A stretch of DNA of 64,000 bases from the IMG/VR virus record IMGVR_UViG_2724679570_000003; one strand, given 5' to 3'. Origin of the DNA: an uncultured virus (IMG/VR IMGVR_UViG_2724679570_000003). Its lineage: Duplodnaviria; Heunggongvirae; Uroviricota; Caudoviricetes. Position numbers and translations under genes: made by a program. The notes under the pieces were generated by a model. That model did no database searches. It saw only the letters and a list, made by a program, of their open reading frames with translations, and was not told where the DNA came from. Position 1 is the first letter of the stretch; every line of letters starts with the position of its first letter. Positions 20,273 through 31,572 of the stretch are shown here, piece by piece.

Positions 20273-22972
20273 TTGCCTGAAAATCAATTTGAAAGATATG
20301 GAATAGACAAACACTTAAGACCACCTAGAATAAAAATGACTTTATATAAAAATAAAAATGAAGCTATAGGTAGGATTAAAGATTTTTACGATGTTTCCAA
20401 TAAAATCACTCTAGGTAACACAAATGAATTAAGTTTCTCTATTCCTTTTAAAATAGAGAAAAAAAACAAAATGATAAAAAATACAATGTGGGATATTTTA
20501 AAATATAGATATTTGATATTGTTTGAATATAATAATCTCAAAGAATGGTATACAATATCTAATTTAACTAAAGATAGTGCAAATAAATCCAAGCAAGTTC
20601 AAGTAAGGTCTTTACAATACTTATTGAGAGGAACAAAATTATATAATTATGAGGCTGTTTCTTATACAATTCAAGAAGTATTAAATGGTAATCAATTAGA
20701 TAATAAGAGAGGAATATTATACAATACTACATGGTCATTGGGACATATAGATGAAACTTTAAAAACTAAAAAGCGTGGTATTACTATGAGTGGGGAAACT
20801 TCTGTACTCGATGCTATTTACACTTTAGCAGAAAAATTTAATGCTATTTTAGTATGGGATACAGAAAATGAAATTGTAAGTTTTTATGATGAAGAAACTT
20901 ACGGTGAAGATAATGGATTGTTAATACAATATAATAAGTATTTAGAGAGCATCAAAGAAGAAGAGAATCCAGATGAAATATGTACTATATTAAAAGTACA
21001 AGGTAAAGATAACACTGAAATATCTTCCATAAACCCTACAGGAAAGACTTATCTAACTAATTACAGTTTCTTTATGTATCCTTTTGAGGTTGATAAAGAT
21101 AATAATATAATTAAACATTCAAATTACATGTCAGACAACTTGTGTCTGGCTTTATTAAATTTTGATAAAAAAATAAATGAAAATAAAGGTAAATTGCAAG
21201 AATTAATTACTAAGAAATATGTCTATGATAATGCTATTTCACAAAAAGAAATGCAATTAACAGATTTACATGGTGAATATGATGCTATATTAAAGAAATT
21301 AGCAATAGCTCAATCTACTAATAGTCAAAAGGAAACCATTTTGGATGAAAAAGCGAAGAAGTTTGAGCAGATTCAACAAAGAGAAAAAGATATTAAATTT
21401 GTTAAACAACAAAGACAAGTAATAGAAACTCAAATAGATAGCATTAAATTTATTTTATCAGAAAATAATAATTTTACACCTTCTGAGATTGAAGAATTAA
21501 AAAATTTTAGAGAAGAAAAAACATATGTAAATAATAACATAACAGATGACAAAGAGTTATTTTTATCAGCAAATGAATATTTTCAAAAACTTATACGCCC
21601 TAAAAGAGTTATTACTTTGAGTATGATTGATTTTCTAAGAGTTGTAGAAGCTCAACGAGATTGGAACAAATTAAGAGTTGGTGATGTGATAACTATAAAT
21701 TATTATAAGTTTGGTATAGATAAGATGAAAGCAAAAATTGTTGAACTTGATATAACTCATGAAAATATGATGGTCAATATCACCATTGCCAATGTTAATG
21801 ATGTTGATGATGATGAGAAAAGGCTTTCTAAATTACTTTATAATACAAGTTCAACCTCTGCAATAATAGATGAAACTCCTTCCAAATTAAATACTTTAAA
21901 AGATACTGTAAATAATTTAGATGAAATAATTAATAATACATGGAAAACTGCACAAAGACAAATATTTGCTGGAACAAACAATACAACTATAGTTAACCAA
22001 CTGGGATTAACTTCTATGGAATCTGAAAATAAGAAGCGTGGATTAAGAATTAACAATGGTGCATTAATGTGTACATCAGAAGGAGAGAATCTTTTTAAAA
22101 CTATCATTAATGGTGATGGAATAATAGATATAGGAAATATACAAGGTAAAATAGATAAAGATACAGATATAAAGGTGGATATAGATAATATAGAAACAAG
22201 TGATGGAGAAAAAATAAGTGACTTAATAGACGATAAGGTAAATGGATTGGAAACTGAAATAGATAAGGCAGTTGAAGATTTAACAAATCGTGCAAATCAA
22301 CAAATAGAAAGAGCAGATGAATTAGCGGATTATATAGATGGGTTAACAGGTGAAATAGGAGTTTTTAAAGTTGAAACTGAAAAAGCATTGGCTACTAAGG
22401 TAGCTGATACAGAATTTAAATCTTATAGAATGCAGACAGCTGAAGATATTGCTGATAAAGTATCAAATTATAAGTTTGATTCATGGAGAACTCAATCTGC
22501 ACAAATGATAGCTGATAAAGTATCTAGTAATGCATTTGATAGCTATAGAACCCAAACAGATAGAGAAATTATGGATAGAGTAAAAGGTAGCGAGTTTAAT
22601 TCTTATATATACCAAACAGATAGAAAAATTTCTATGGTTGTAGATGACTATGGAAACATTAATGCTGCACAAATAGCAATGGGACTTGAAAAAGATTCTA
22701 GTTTTATAAGAATGATTGCAGACAAAATTGAAATTAAGCCAACAAGTGGCGTAATTGAGTTTCCTAATGGAACTGATATAGATTCTAGAGACTATGGGGA
22801 TGGAAGAAATATAATACGATTAAGAAGTAATTATAACAACTATATCTCAGTAAGTAGTAATGGGGTAGCCCTCTTTAATGGAAGTAGTGGAGCAAATGGT
22901 AGACCTTTTATGCAATTTGATGAAGATGCAGTTTATGTTCATGGAAAGAAAGTTAAATGGACTTATGCTTAA
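20273..22972 (+). CDS. tail spike / prophage tail endopeptidase-like protein
   Basis: Position after Dit; INPTGKTYLTNYSFF motif; ADKVS..FDSYRTQT repeats. Confidence 0.75.
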   Translation: MPENQFERYGIDKHLRPPRIKMTLYKNKNEAIGRIKDFYDVSNKITLGNTNELSFSIPFKIEKKNKMIKNTMWDILKYRYLILFEYNNLKEWYTISNLTKDSANKSKQVQVRSLQYLLRGTKLYNYEAVSYTIQEVLNGNQLDNKRGILYNTTWSLGHIDETLKTKKRGITMSGETSVLDAIYTLAEKFNAILVWDTENEIVSFYDEETYGEDNGLLIQYNKYLESIKEEENPDEICTILKVQGKDNTEISSINPTGKTYLTNYSFFMYPFEVDKDNNIIKHSNYMSDNLCLALLNFDKKINENKGKLQELITKKYVYDNAISQKEMQLTDLHGEYDAILKKLAIAQSTNSQKETILDEKAKKFEQIQQREKDIKFVKQQRQVIETQIDSIKFILSENNNFTPSEIEELKNFREEKTYVNNNITDDKELFLSANEYFQKLIRPKRVITLSMIDFLRVVEAQRDWNKLRVGDVITINYYKFGIDKMKAKIVELDITHENMMVNITIANVNDVDDDEKRLSKLLYNTSSTSAIIDETPSKLNTLKDTVNNLDEIINNTWKTAQRQIFAGTNNTTIVNQLGLTSMESENKKRGLRINNGALMCTSEGENLFKTIINGDGIIDIGNIQGKIDKDTDIKVDIDNIETSDGEKISDLIDDKVNGLETEIDKAVEDLTNRANQQIERADELADYIDGLTGEIGVFKVETEKALATKVADTEFKSYRMQTAEDIADKVSNYKFDSWRTQSAQMIADKVSSNAFDSYRTQTDREIMDRVKGSEFNSYIYQTDRKISMVVDDYGNINAAQIAMGLEKDSSFIRMIADKIEIKPTSGVIEFPNGTDIDSRDYGDGRNIIRLRSNYNNYISVSSNGVALFNGSSGANGRPFMQFDEDAVYVHGKKVKWTYA

Positions 22973-23005
22973 AATAATTTTTTAAAGGGAGTGAAATTTA
23001 AAAAT

Positions 23006-23254
23006 ATGGCTAATTTAAAAACAGAAAATGGATTTGAAAAAAGTACAAATTTAGTTATTTTAGAAATTAAAGATAAAATAATAAAAACATTAGATGAAGC
23101 AAATTTACCAATGACAGTGCATCAAATGATTATAAATGAAATAAAAGATTCAATAGATAGGGCAACAAGAATTCAAGTTGAAAAGGATAGAATTGAATAT
23201 GAAGATCATGTAAATTTTGTAGAAAAAAATAAAACTAAGGAGTGTGAAAAATAG
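23006..23254 (+). CDS. hypothetical tail-region protein
   Basis: ORF track, RBS. Confidence 0.6.
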   Translation: MANLKTENGFEKSTNLVILEIKDKIIKTLDEANLPMTVHQMIINEIKDSIDRATRIQVEKDRIEYEDHVNFVEKNKTKECEK

Positions 23255-23257
23255 AAT

Positions 23258-23491
23258 ATGGAATTAGATAAGATAATAAAATTTAATGATAAAATTATAA
23301 TTGAAGATAAAATGGTCATGGGGATTTATGGTGATTTTAATATTACAACAGGACATTGTAGTTTGTTCTGTAATCCTTTAGATACAACTACAATAAAAAA
23401 TAATAAAGAAGAAGTTCAAAAACAAATAGAAAAATTTAAAACTAAATTAAGAGATAACATGACAAGTGAAGGATTTTTATATACCATATAA
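23258..23491 (+). CDS. hypothetical tail-region protein
   Basis: ORF track. Confidence 0.6.
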   Translation: MELDKIIKFNDKIIIEDKMVMGIYGDFNITTGHCSLFCNPLDTTTIKNNKEEVQKQIEKFKTKLRDNMTSEGFLYTI

Positions 23492-23520
23492 TAAAATAAT
23501 TTTAAAAGTGAGGTGAGAAT

Positions 23521-26500
23521 ATGAGTACGTTTAGCGATACTTCACCAATTTTAATAAAAAAAAGAAAAGGTGATTCTACAGACCCTTTTAAGCCTATAAT
23601 TGAGAATTTAAAAATAATAAATAATGTAGCTATATTAGATGAGATTCCTAATAAGTTTAGAAGAGTAAATGTTGAAGGATTAGTAGAAAAAAGAACAGAT
23701 TTCTATAATGAAAACAATAATATAGATGAAAATGAATACATAGTTGACTATAAATATGGCTATGTATTTTTTAATGAAAAAATGAACAATAAAACTGTTG
23801 AAGCTGAATATTTAGGTACAGGAGTTGTTTTATATCCTTCATCAAGGATTTATGATACTGGACGGGAAGATATAATTATTACTATCCAAGAAATGATAAA
23901 TGGTGGAAGAGAAGCTATAGAAGCATATGCAAGTATAGATAATGCTATAAAAACCGCTGAAGAGTATTATGCAAAAATATCTACTTGTGTTGATGGAATA
24001 AAGGAAATAAGTGACACTTTAAATATATCAATTGTAAATGCTAAAAACATAGATGATATATTAAATAAAACTATAGAAGAAGCAAGAAAAATAAATGATA
24101 CTCTAGGTGGAACTATCATAAATGGGACTAATAAAATAACTGAGATAGATAATATAATACAAGAATTATCTGTCTGTGAGGAATATAGTTCTGAAAAGGA
24201 GTATAAAAAGCTTAATAGAGTTTCTTTTAAAGGAAGTTCTTATGAGTGTATTAAAGATTGTAAAGATATACTACCTAGTAATAAAGAATATTGGAATTGC
24301 GTAGCTGAAAAAGGTAAAGATGGTAAAGACGGTGAAGGTTCGGGAAATATGCATACAGAGAAGTATGATAAAAACAATGATGGTATAGTAGATATTGCAG
24401 AGGTAGCTAATAGAATAGAATGGAATAATATACAAAATAAGCCTGATTTATCACAAGTGGGTAAGGTGAAGTCAGTAAATACTCAAACAGGAGATGTGCT
24501 TATATCTGCAATAGATATCAAAACAATTGATGGCATGACTGTAGAGAAAAACATAAGTAATATTCGAGAAAAGGTTGAGTCTAATTTAAATAAAATTGGA
24601 AATTTATCTACTCTTGAAAAAGAAATTATAGATAATCTAACAAATGAAAATAAGGAATTAAACTTAACAAATGCAATTAATTATCTATATAAAAATGGAG
24701 GAAATGGTGAAAGTGGAAATAATGATAATGATGGTTCTATAAAATTAGGTAGGATTGAAAATTTAACTGCCATTTCTGATATAGAAGGAACTAAAGCAAA
24801 TTTATCTTGGCAAAATCCAACTATAACAGAATTTGAAAAAGTAGAAATATATGTTAGTACACAAGATTTAACAAGTGCCAATTATGATTATTGTACTAAA
24901 AATGCTACTAAAATAGTAGATAGTAAAATAGAAACTTTCGAATATAAAGCTAAAAATAATACTACCTATTATTTTAAAGCTTTTGCTATTTATAATGTCT
25001 TTGGAGCAATGCAAAACTCAGATGGAGTTATTACTAGTGTTAAAGTTTTAGATACTAAACCACCTGCAACTGTAACAAATATAAAAGCTACTACAGGAAA
25101 TGGAGAAATAACTTTAACATGGATAAATCCTAAAGATACTGACTTTGAAAAAATAAAAATTGTAAGAAAAGAAAACAGCAAGCCTACAGACATAAAAGAC
25201 GGAATAGTAGTGTATGGGGGTAATAATATTACATATAAAGATACGACTGTAGTTAATGACGTTACCTATTATTATAGATTCTTTACTTATGATACAAATA
25301 ATAATGTAAATGATACGGATATTCAAATTATAAATGTTACTCCTATAGCAAATGGATATGATAAACCTATTAGTGATTTTACTGCAAAAGGTGGTGATGG
25401 AGAAGTAACTTTATCATGGATTTATCCATCAGATGCAAATTTTAGTACAGTAAAAATAATAAGAAAAGAAAATGGATATCCTACTGGAATAAATGATGGT
25501 GATTTTGTTTGTGAAAGTTTTTATGCTTCTTCGTCAGAATACTCTAATGAGAATATGATAGGTAGTGACATAGATGAAAATTTAACTAATGGCGTTAAAT
25601 ATTATTATCGTGCTTTCACATTCAATAAGAATAATCAATATTGTGATATTGAAGAAGGTCAACAAGTTACTGCAACACCCCAAGCATTTAAAGAATATGG
25701 TGTAAGATGGACAAAATCTACAGATATAGTAGAAAGATTAGGAGATGCTGTTGGTTTAACCGCCATAACAGGTGGTAAAAATGATTTTAATAATTTAATT
25801 CCTTGGTGTAGTATGAGAAGATGTAATCTATCAGATGACGGGATAGTTAATGCTTATTATGGAAATCCTATGTATAAAATTGATGGTAGTAATGGGCAAT
25901 GCATGGTAGAGATACCCAAATTTTGGTTTAAAATATATTATGTTAGCAATGATATCATAGAATTTTGGATATGTGATGGAGCTAAGGATGGATATGAAGT
26001 ACATCCAGCTTTCTTTAGAGATAGAAAACATTTATGTGATGATAATAGTGGAATTGCTGAAGAGGTAGATTATAGGTATCATCATACTTACTTGCCTAGT
26101 TTGAATAATGATAATTTAGAAAGTAAAAGCAGTGTTTTACCTAAAACATATTTTTTTATGAGTACAGCTAGAGATTATACTAAAAAAAGAGGAAATGGAT
26201 GGGGATTAGTAGATTTTAATTTAAGATATGCACTACAGTTATTGTATTTAATTGAATATGCAGATTTTAATTCTCAAAAGACTATTGGGTCAGGAGCTAA
26301 GTGTGAAGGTATTAATGATAGTTATACTCCATGTAAAACAGGGGGAACTAATTTATTAGGTAATATTACTGGTTGTATAAACAATGGTCAGATTTCTTAT
26401 AGAGGAATTGAAGACTTCTTTGGCAATTGTTATCAAATGATAGATGGCTTTTATATAACTGATACTTTAGAAATATTAATTAATAACAAAGGATTTCAAA

Positions 26501-26787
26501 ATGAACAAAAAGAATATGCCTTTAAATTTGGGACAGGATTTAATACAAAATTTCAGCAAGGAGCTATAAAAGATATATTTCATGATAAAAGATTAGGTTT
26601 TGTTCCAAATAATTTTAAAGGAACTTATTCTTCAGGGTTGTATGCTCAGGGAACATATGGAGATAGAAGCCACCTCTCATCTGGGGGAGATAATGGAAAA
26701 TATTCAAGTGTAGGAGTATTTTGCTTTAATTGTACAAATTCTTCAGGTACTGTAGGGTATAATATAGCAGCATCATTATCTTATTAA
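23521..26787 (+). CDS. tail fibre / receptor-binding protein with three fibronectin-III-like domains
   Basis: LSW.NP..F.KV.I.RK..YYYR.F repeats; C-terminal YRGIEDFFGN..GG..GVF..IAASL domain. Confidence 0.75.
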   Translation: MSTFSDTSPILIKKRKGDSTDPFKPIIENLKIINNVAILDEIPNKFRRVNVEGLVEKRTDFYNENNNIDENEYIVDYKYGYVFFNEKMNNKTVEAEYLGTGVVLYPSSRIYDTGREDIIITIQEMINGGREAIEAYASIDNAIKTAEEYYAKISTCVDGIKEISDTLNISIVNAKNIDDILNKTIEEARKINDTLGGTIINGTNKITEIDNIIQELSVCEEYSSEKEYKKLNRVSFKGSSYECIKDCKDILPSNKEYWNCVAEKGKDGKDGEGSGNMHTEKYDKNNDGIVDIAEVANRIEWNNIQNKPDLSQVGKVKSVNTQTGDVLISAIDIKTIDGMTVEKNISNIREKVESNLNKIGNLSTLEKEIIDNLTNENKELNLTNAINYLYKNGGNGESGNNDNDGSIKLGRIENLTAISDIEGTKANLSWQNPTITEFEKVEIYVSTQDLTSANYDYCTKNATKIVDSKIETFEYKAKNNTTYYFKAFAIYNVFGAMQNSDGVITSVKVLDTKPPATVTNIKATTGNGEITLTWINPKDTDFEKIKIVRKENSKPTDIKDGIVVYGGNNITYKDTTVVNDVTYYYRFFTYDTNNNVNDTDIQIINVTPIANGYDKPISDFTAKGGDGEVTLSWIYPSDANFSTVKIIRKENGYPTGINDGDFVCESFYASSSEYSNENMIGSDIDENLTNGVKYYYRAFTFNKNNQYCDIEEGQQVTATPQAFKEYGVRWTKSTDIVERLGDAVGLTAITGGKNDFNNLIPWCSMRRCNLSDDGIVNAYYGNPMYKIDGSNGQCMVEIPKFWFKIYYVSNDIIEFWICDGAKDGYEVHPAFFRDRKHLCDDNSGIAEEVDYRYHHTYLPSLNNDNLESKSSVLPKTYFFMSTARDYTKKRGNGWGLVDFNLRYALQLLYLIEYADFNSQKTIGSGAKCEGINDSYTPCKTGGTNLLGNITGCINNGQISYRGIEDFFGNCYQMIDGFYITDTLEILINNKGFQNEQKEYAFKFGTGFNTKFQQGAIKDIFHDKRLGFVPNNFKGTYSSGLYAQGTYGDRSHLSSGGDNGKYSSVGVFCFNCTNSSGTVGYNIAASLSY

Positions 26788-26820
26788 ATTATAATCTTAT
26801 GGTAGAAAGAAGGTGGTCAA

Positions 26821-27237
26821 GTGTTAATAGAATCCACAGTTGAACCTCAAAAAATAAAAATACAATATATAAAAGATCATATGGTGCATATTAGATTAAG
26901 AAAAAATATAAAACAAATCACAAAAGAAGAAAACGGACGACATATAGTAATGTTTGAATATGATGAAGTTATTTTTGATATAGATAATACGGATAATTTA
27001 ATAAAACAAATTGAAAATAACTTTGACTTATATTTTAATTATGGATTACAACAAATGGAATTAAATAAATCTAAAGAAAAAGCAGAAAAGCAAATATATA
27101 ATTTAATAAATCAACATAAGTTAGTAGATTTAAATAATAATACAGAAAGTGCAACTATGTTGTTAACATTACTTATGAGTGAAATAGATTCTTTGAAAAA
27201 TGAAATAAAATTTTTAAAAGAAAAGGTGGGTGTTTAA
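26821..27237 (+). CDS. tail-fibre-associated protein
   Basis: Directly follows fibre gene. Confidence 0.55.
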   Translation: MLIESTVEPQKIKIQYIKDHMVHIRLRKNIKQITKEENGRHIVMFEYDEVIFDIDNTDNLIKQIENNFDLYFNYGLQQMELNKSKEKAEKQIYNLINQHKLVDLNNNTESATMLLTLLMSEIDSLKNEIKFLKEKVGV

Positions 27238-27412
27238 TTTGAATGAAATATATTTAACAGAAACTTTTGATAAGTATGTAAATCCTACATTCTTTAATAT
27301 GTATGTAGTTGCAGTACAGAGTGGAAGATTGCCAATAGAATCATTACCACCTATTTATAAAGAGAGAGTTAATGAACTATTTAATGAAGAAGAAAATAAG
27401 AAGGATACATAA
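27230..27412 (+). CDS. small tail-assembly-type protein
   Basis: YVVAVQSGRLPIESLPPIYKERV; coupled to upstream gene. Confidence 0.5.
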   Translation: MFNLNEIYLTETFDKYVNPTFFNMYVVAVQSGRLPIESLPPIYKERVNELFNEEENKKDT

Positions 27413-27686
27413 AATAATTTTAAAAACCAACATGCTATAAAACTGTGATTTTACATTAATTGAAGGTGGTATAAATGGCTAAATCAAGCCATTCCTGAAG
27501 TGGAATTTTGAGAAAAATAGTAAAAATACATAATTTACTTTATATTTGATTTAGAATTGAGAAATATGAAAATTTAAGTTTTTGTATTTCTCATCTGTTT
27601 ATTGTGGACATATATGAATTTAAATGACTTAATTTTAAAATATTTTTTTTAAAACGAGGTGAAGATATGAAAGGAGATTTTTGATT

Positions 27687-28061
27687 ATGGATATGGAACA
27701 CCAAATACAAGACCATGAAAATAGAATTAGGAAACTAGAAGAAAGCGATATTAGACAACAAATTCAATTGGCTAATATTGAGAAATCTCAAGCAGAAATA
27801 AAAGTTATGATAAATGAAACTTCAAAAGAGCAAACAAAAAATATGAATGAGATTATGGATAAACAGCAAAATATAATGAACGACACAATGGATAAGCAAC
27901 AAAATACAATGAACGAAATGCTAAATAAAATAGTAGATACTTTCACAGATGGGGAAAAAAATAATCACGAAGAAAGATTTTATGAAAAGAAACAATTTTG
28001 GGGATTTATCATGGCTTTGGTTGCAATTGCAAGTTCAGTAATTACATATTTTTTAAAATGA
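27687..28061 (+). CDS. holin-like / XhlA-like membrane protein
   Basis: DHENRIRKLE coiled coil plus C-terminal TM helix, upstream of endolysin. Confidence 0.65.
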   Translation: MDMEHQIQDHENRIRKLEESDIRQQIQLANIEKSQAEIKVMINETSKEQTKNMNEIMDKQQNIMNDTMDKQQNTMNEMLNKIVDTFTDGEKNNHEERFYEKKQFWGFIMALVAIASSVITYFLK

Positions 28062-28081
28062 TAAAGTGTAGGTGATACTAA

Positions 28082-29677
28082 ATGGCTACTCCGATAATGG
28101 GAACTTCTAAAGCAACAATAGAACAATGTGAGTTGTTTTTACATAATGTTAATCCTAAAGCACCCTACTTAGCTAATATTTATAAGAAATATTGTGATAT
28201 TTATGGAATTAAATTAGAAATTGCATGGGTGCAAATGTGTTTGGAAACTAATTTTCTTAGATATTCAGATACAAGTATAACAACATTAGATATGCATAAC
28301 TATGCTGGATTAGGTGCTTTAGATGGAAACGGAAGAAAACAAGCTTTAAAATTTAATACAAAAAATGAAGGTGTTGAATGTCATATTCAGCATCTTTTTG
28401 CTTATTGTAGCAGAAATAATTTACCACAACAACAATTGATAGACCCTAGATTTAAATATGTAGATAGAGGTTGTGCTATTAATGTTGAAGATTTAGGAAG
28501 TGGTAAGTGGGCTAGTGATAAGCAATACGCAAATAAATTACTAGACTTATTAGGTAGACTTACAAATACAAAAATAGAAAAGAAAGGGGATAACGTAATG
28601 TCAAAAGGAATGATATCATATGATTTTGGACATATGGAAGGAGGAGAAGATACCTCTGCTAATGGGATATTATATGAATATTCTATTGTTAGAAACTATG
28701 GTTCTGTTGTTGTAAGAGAGTTACAAAAAGCAGGATACACATTAGTAAATTGTACTCCACCAAATGGAAGAATGAGTTTAAGCCAATCATTATCTTATAG
28801 AGTTAATAAAGCTAATTCAAGTGGCAGTATGTTGCATTTATGTTTTCATGCTAATTGCTATAATGGAAATGCTTATGGTTGTGAAATGGAAGTTGCCTCA
28901 GATTCAAGTGCTAGAATAGGACAATCTATACAAAATGAAGTAGTATCTTCTTTAGGATTTGCTAATAGAGGAGTAAAAAGACCTAGCTTGTATGTTACAA
29001 GAAATACAAATATGCCTTGTGTATTAACAGAACCATTTTTTATAGATAATAGAGGTGATTGTAATAAATATAATGTAGAAAAACTAGGTTGTGCAATAGC
29101 AACAGGTGTGTTAAAAGCATTAGGAAATAATTATAGACCATCTACAGGTGGGAATAATTCTAGTTCAAGCTCTTCACCTTCTAAGCCAACAGCAATAGTT
29201 ACAGCTAGTGCATTAAATGTTAGAGAGCAAAAATCTACTTCTTCTAAGATTTTAGGTGTGTTGTCTAATAACAAATCAGTTGAAGTATATAAAGTTGAAG
29301 GAGATTGGGTACATATTTATTATCCACCACATGGAGGATTTATTAGTAAGCAATATGTAAAACTATATAATATACCAGATTCTATTGTACAAAAACCTAA
29401 TAAACCAGTAGAAAAAAAGGAGGAAAAGAAAATGGATATAATATTATACTTTGGATATGTTGATGAATATGGTGCTAACTTATTGAGAGATAAATTAAAG
29501 TTACCAGTATTAAGTTTAGCTGATTTTAAAGCAAATACAAATTTAAAGAATAATGTAGGAAGAATTTATATGGTAGGTGGAAGTGAGAAACCTGTTTCAG
29601 ATACGGTTTTAATTTCTAGTGGTGGAAGATATGATACTGCACAAGCGGTCATAGAATACATAAAAAAATTAAAATAA
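28082..29677 (+). CDS. endolysin: glucosaminidase + Amidase_3 + SH3b + C-terminal cell-wall domain
   Basis: QMCLETNF..HNYAGLG; DFGH..E..CFHAN..LTEPFF; ALNVRE..WVHI..GFIS; IYMVGG..GRYDTAQAV. Confidence 0.9.
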   Translation: MATPIMGTSKATIEQCELFLHNVNPKAPYLANIYKKYCDIYGIKLEIAWVQMCLETNFLRYSDTSITTLDMHNYAGLGALDGNGRKQALKFNTKNEGVECHIQHLFAYCSRNNLPQQQLIDPRFKYVDRGCAINVEDLGSGKWASDKQYANKLLDLLGRLTNTKIEKKGDNVMSKGMISYDFGHMEGGEDTSANGILYEYSIVRNYGSVVVRELQKAGYTLVNCTPPNGRMSLSQSLSYRVNKANSSGSMLHLCFHANCYNGNAYGCEMEVASDSSARIGQSIQNEVVSSLGFANRGVKRPSLYVTRNTNMPCVLTEPFFIDNRGDCNKYNVEKLGCAIATGVLKALGNNYRPSTGGNNSSSSSSPSKPTAIVTASALNVREQKSTSSKILGVLSNNKSVEVYKVEGDWVHIYYPPHGGFISKQYVKLYNIPDSIVQKPNKPVEKKEEKKMDIILYFGYVDEYGANLLRDKLKLPVLSLADFKANTNLKNNVGRIYMVGGSEKPVSDTVLISSGGRYDTAQAVIEYIKKLK

Positions 29678-29715
29678 TATCTAATTAAAAAATAATTTAA
29701 AAAGGAGAGATTTAT

Positions 29716-30138
29716 ATGCCAGTTAATGATTTTATAAATTTACAACAAATTGCTACTTTTTCTGGGTGTTTATCAATAACGCTAATGATTGTGCAACTTT
29801 TGAAGGATTTGAGTTTTTTTAAACAAATGCCTACTAGATATCTAGCTGTTATTGTCGGTGTAATAAATGTAATTATAACATCTATTATGCTAAATACTTT
29901 TAGAATATCTGAATTATATTTAATGATTATAAATGGTATTTTTATAGGAATGACAGCAACAGTTACATATAATTTTAAGGGAGATAAAAACAATAAAGAA
30001 ATTCAACCTACAAATGATCTTTTTTATCATGAAGCACCACAAGATATAATAGAAAACTCAAATATAGATACTGATACAAAAGAATTTGATAATATAATAG
30101 AAGAAAATACAATAAGTGAAAACAAAATAAAAGGTTAA
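29716..30138 (+). CDS. holin
   Basis: Three hydrophobic segments, adjacent to endolysin. Confidence 0.7.
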   Translation: MPVNDFINLQQIATFSGCLSITLMIVQLLKDLSFFKQMPTRYLAVIVGVINVIITSIMLNTFRISELYLMIINGIFIGMTATVTYNFKGDKNNKEIQPTNDLFYHEAPQDIIENSNIDTDTKEFDNIIEENTISENKIKG

Positions 30139-30154
30139 TTTTAACAAAATTCTT

Positions 30155-30189
30155 AGGGTTGGTATTTTATGTACTAGCCCTTTATTTTT
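30155..30189 (+). terminator. terminator
   Basis: agggttggta/tactagccct followed by T-run. Confidence 0.7.
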
Positions 30190-30209
30190 AATTAAAGGAG
30201 GTAATTAGA

Positions 30210-30515
30210 ATGGGAGCATTAACTGAACATAGTTATTTTATATCATCCACAAAATATCCTAAAGCTGATGCAGAAGGGTATTACCAAGCTACCGATGGAG
30301 AAATAATACAAATGTATGATGATAATGATAGCCCTGTAACTATAAATGGTATAAGAATTATTTCACCAGATGAACCAATCTATATAGCTTTTGATAATAG
30401 CAAATCTTATGCTTTAATAACCCCAAACATGCCATTAGTTATTAATAAACTCAGCATATATAGAATTAAAGTTAAAAATGCTTGTAGATTTTATTTTGAT
30501 GGATTAACTTATTAA
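30210..30515 (+). CDS. hypothetical protein
   Basis: AAGGAGG RBS. Confidence 0.7.
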   Translation: MGALTEHSYFISSTKYPKADAEGYYQATDGEIIQMYDDNDSPVTINGIRIISPDEPIYIAFDNSKSYALITPNMPLVINKLSIYRIKVKNACRFYFDGLTY

Positions 30516-30543
30516 TCAAACTATTTGAAAAGGAGTGATTTTT

Positions 30544-31560
30544 ATGCCTTTTGTAAGTATGGGTGGAATTTCCAATGGTGGAACTAATGGCAGTTCTACA
30601 GATTTAACATATGTTAATAAAAGAATTAGTGCTAATACAACAGAAATAAACTCAATAAAAGAAAAAAATATTCAGCAAGATTCTAGTATAAGCATAAATA
30701 CTTCTACTATATCTACTTTAAAAACGGATAATACTCAAAATAAGAGCGATATATCCAAATTGAAAACAGAAATAATAAATAAAAAAGATGAGTTAGTAAA
30801 ATTAAATTCTTTAGACACAGCAGGTTATCTAGAAAACAAGATTGACAATAATTCTATTCAAATAAAGAATAATAAATTAATTGCTAGATCATTAGATGGC
30901 TTGGAAGTTACTGTTGCAGAACTTAATATGTTAAAAGGAATAAAAGATAATATTCAAAAGATGATGGATTTAACTCAAAAGGGTATGCAATTTCGAGGGT
31001 TTGTAAATACCTATGAAGAATTGACACAAATTCCTGATGTTGAAGCAGGATATACAGCAATTGTTAGAGCTGATGAACAAAGTGAAAATAAAAAAATGTT
31101 TTACATTTATGATGGTGCTAAATGGCAACCAACTTATGAGGTTTCTGCTGATAATATGGGCAGAGATTTTATTATAGAACCTTTAAATTTAATGGTAGAA
31201 ACTAAAGGTGTTTTACCTGAAAATCAAATAGATATAAACATAGCAAGAAAAACTGATATACAAACTAAATTAGATAAAGTTGCTAGTGCAACCCAAGATA
31301 ACATAGCTATACTAAATAAAGATGGCAGCTTAAAAGATAGTAATAACAAGTTAAGTGATTATGCTAAAACAGATCATACACATAAGGAATTAGAAGATAA
31401 GATGGCTTTAAAAACGGATTTACATAATCATATGAATAAAGACACTTTAAATAAATTAACTACAAGTGAGGATGGAAAATTATTATTTGATGGAAGCCTT
31501 ATTGAAGGAAATTCTAATGGCGGGACAGGAATATCTACATGGAATAAATTTGAAATATAG
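30544..31560 (+). CDS. fibre-like structural protein
   Basis: Coiled coil, YIYDGAKW, DHTH/HNH repeats. Confidence 0.6.
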   Translation: MPFVSMGGISNGGTNGSSTDLTYVNKRISANTTEINSIKEKNIQQDSSISINTSTISTLKTDNTQNKSDISKLKTEIINKKDELVKLNSLDTAGYLENKIDNNSIQIKNNKLIARSLDGLEVTVAELNMLKGIKDNIQKMMDLTQKGMQFRGFVNTYEELTQIPDVEAGYTAIVRADEQSENKKMFYIYDGAKWQPTYEVSADNMGRDFIIEPLNLMVETKGVLPENQIDINIARKTDIQTKLDKVASATQDNIAILNKDGSLKDSNNKLSDYAKTDHTHKELEDKMALKTDLHNHMNKDTLNKLTTSEDGKLLFDGSLIEGNSNGGTGISTWNKFEI

Positions 31561-31572
31561 GAGGTGTAGTTT

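Noticed and set aside
22370..22640. Tandem ~66-nt repeats
   Set aside because: In-frame 22-aa protein repeats of the tail spike, not a DNA element
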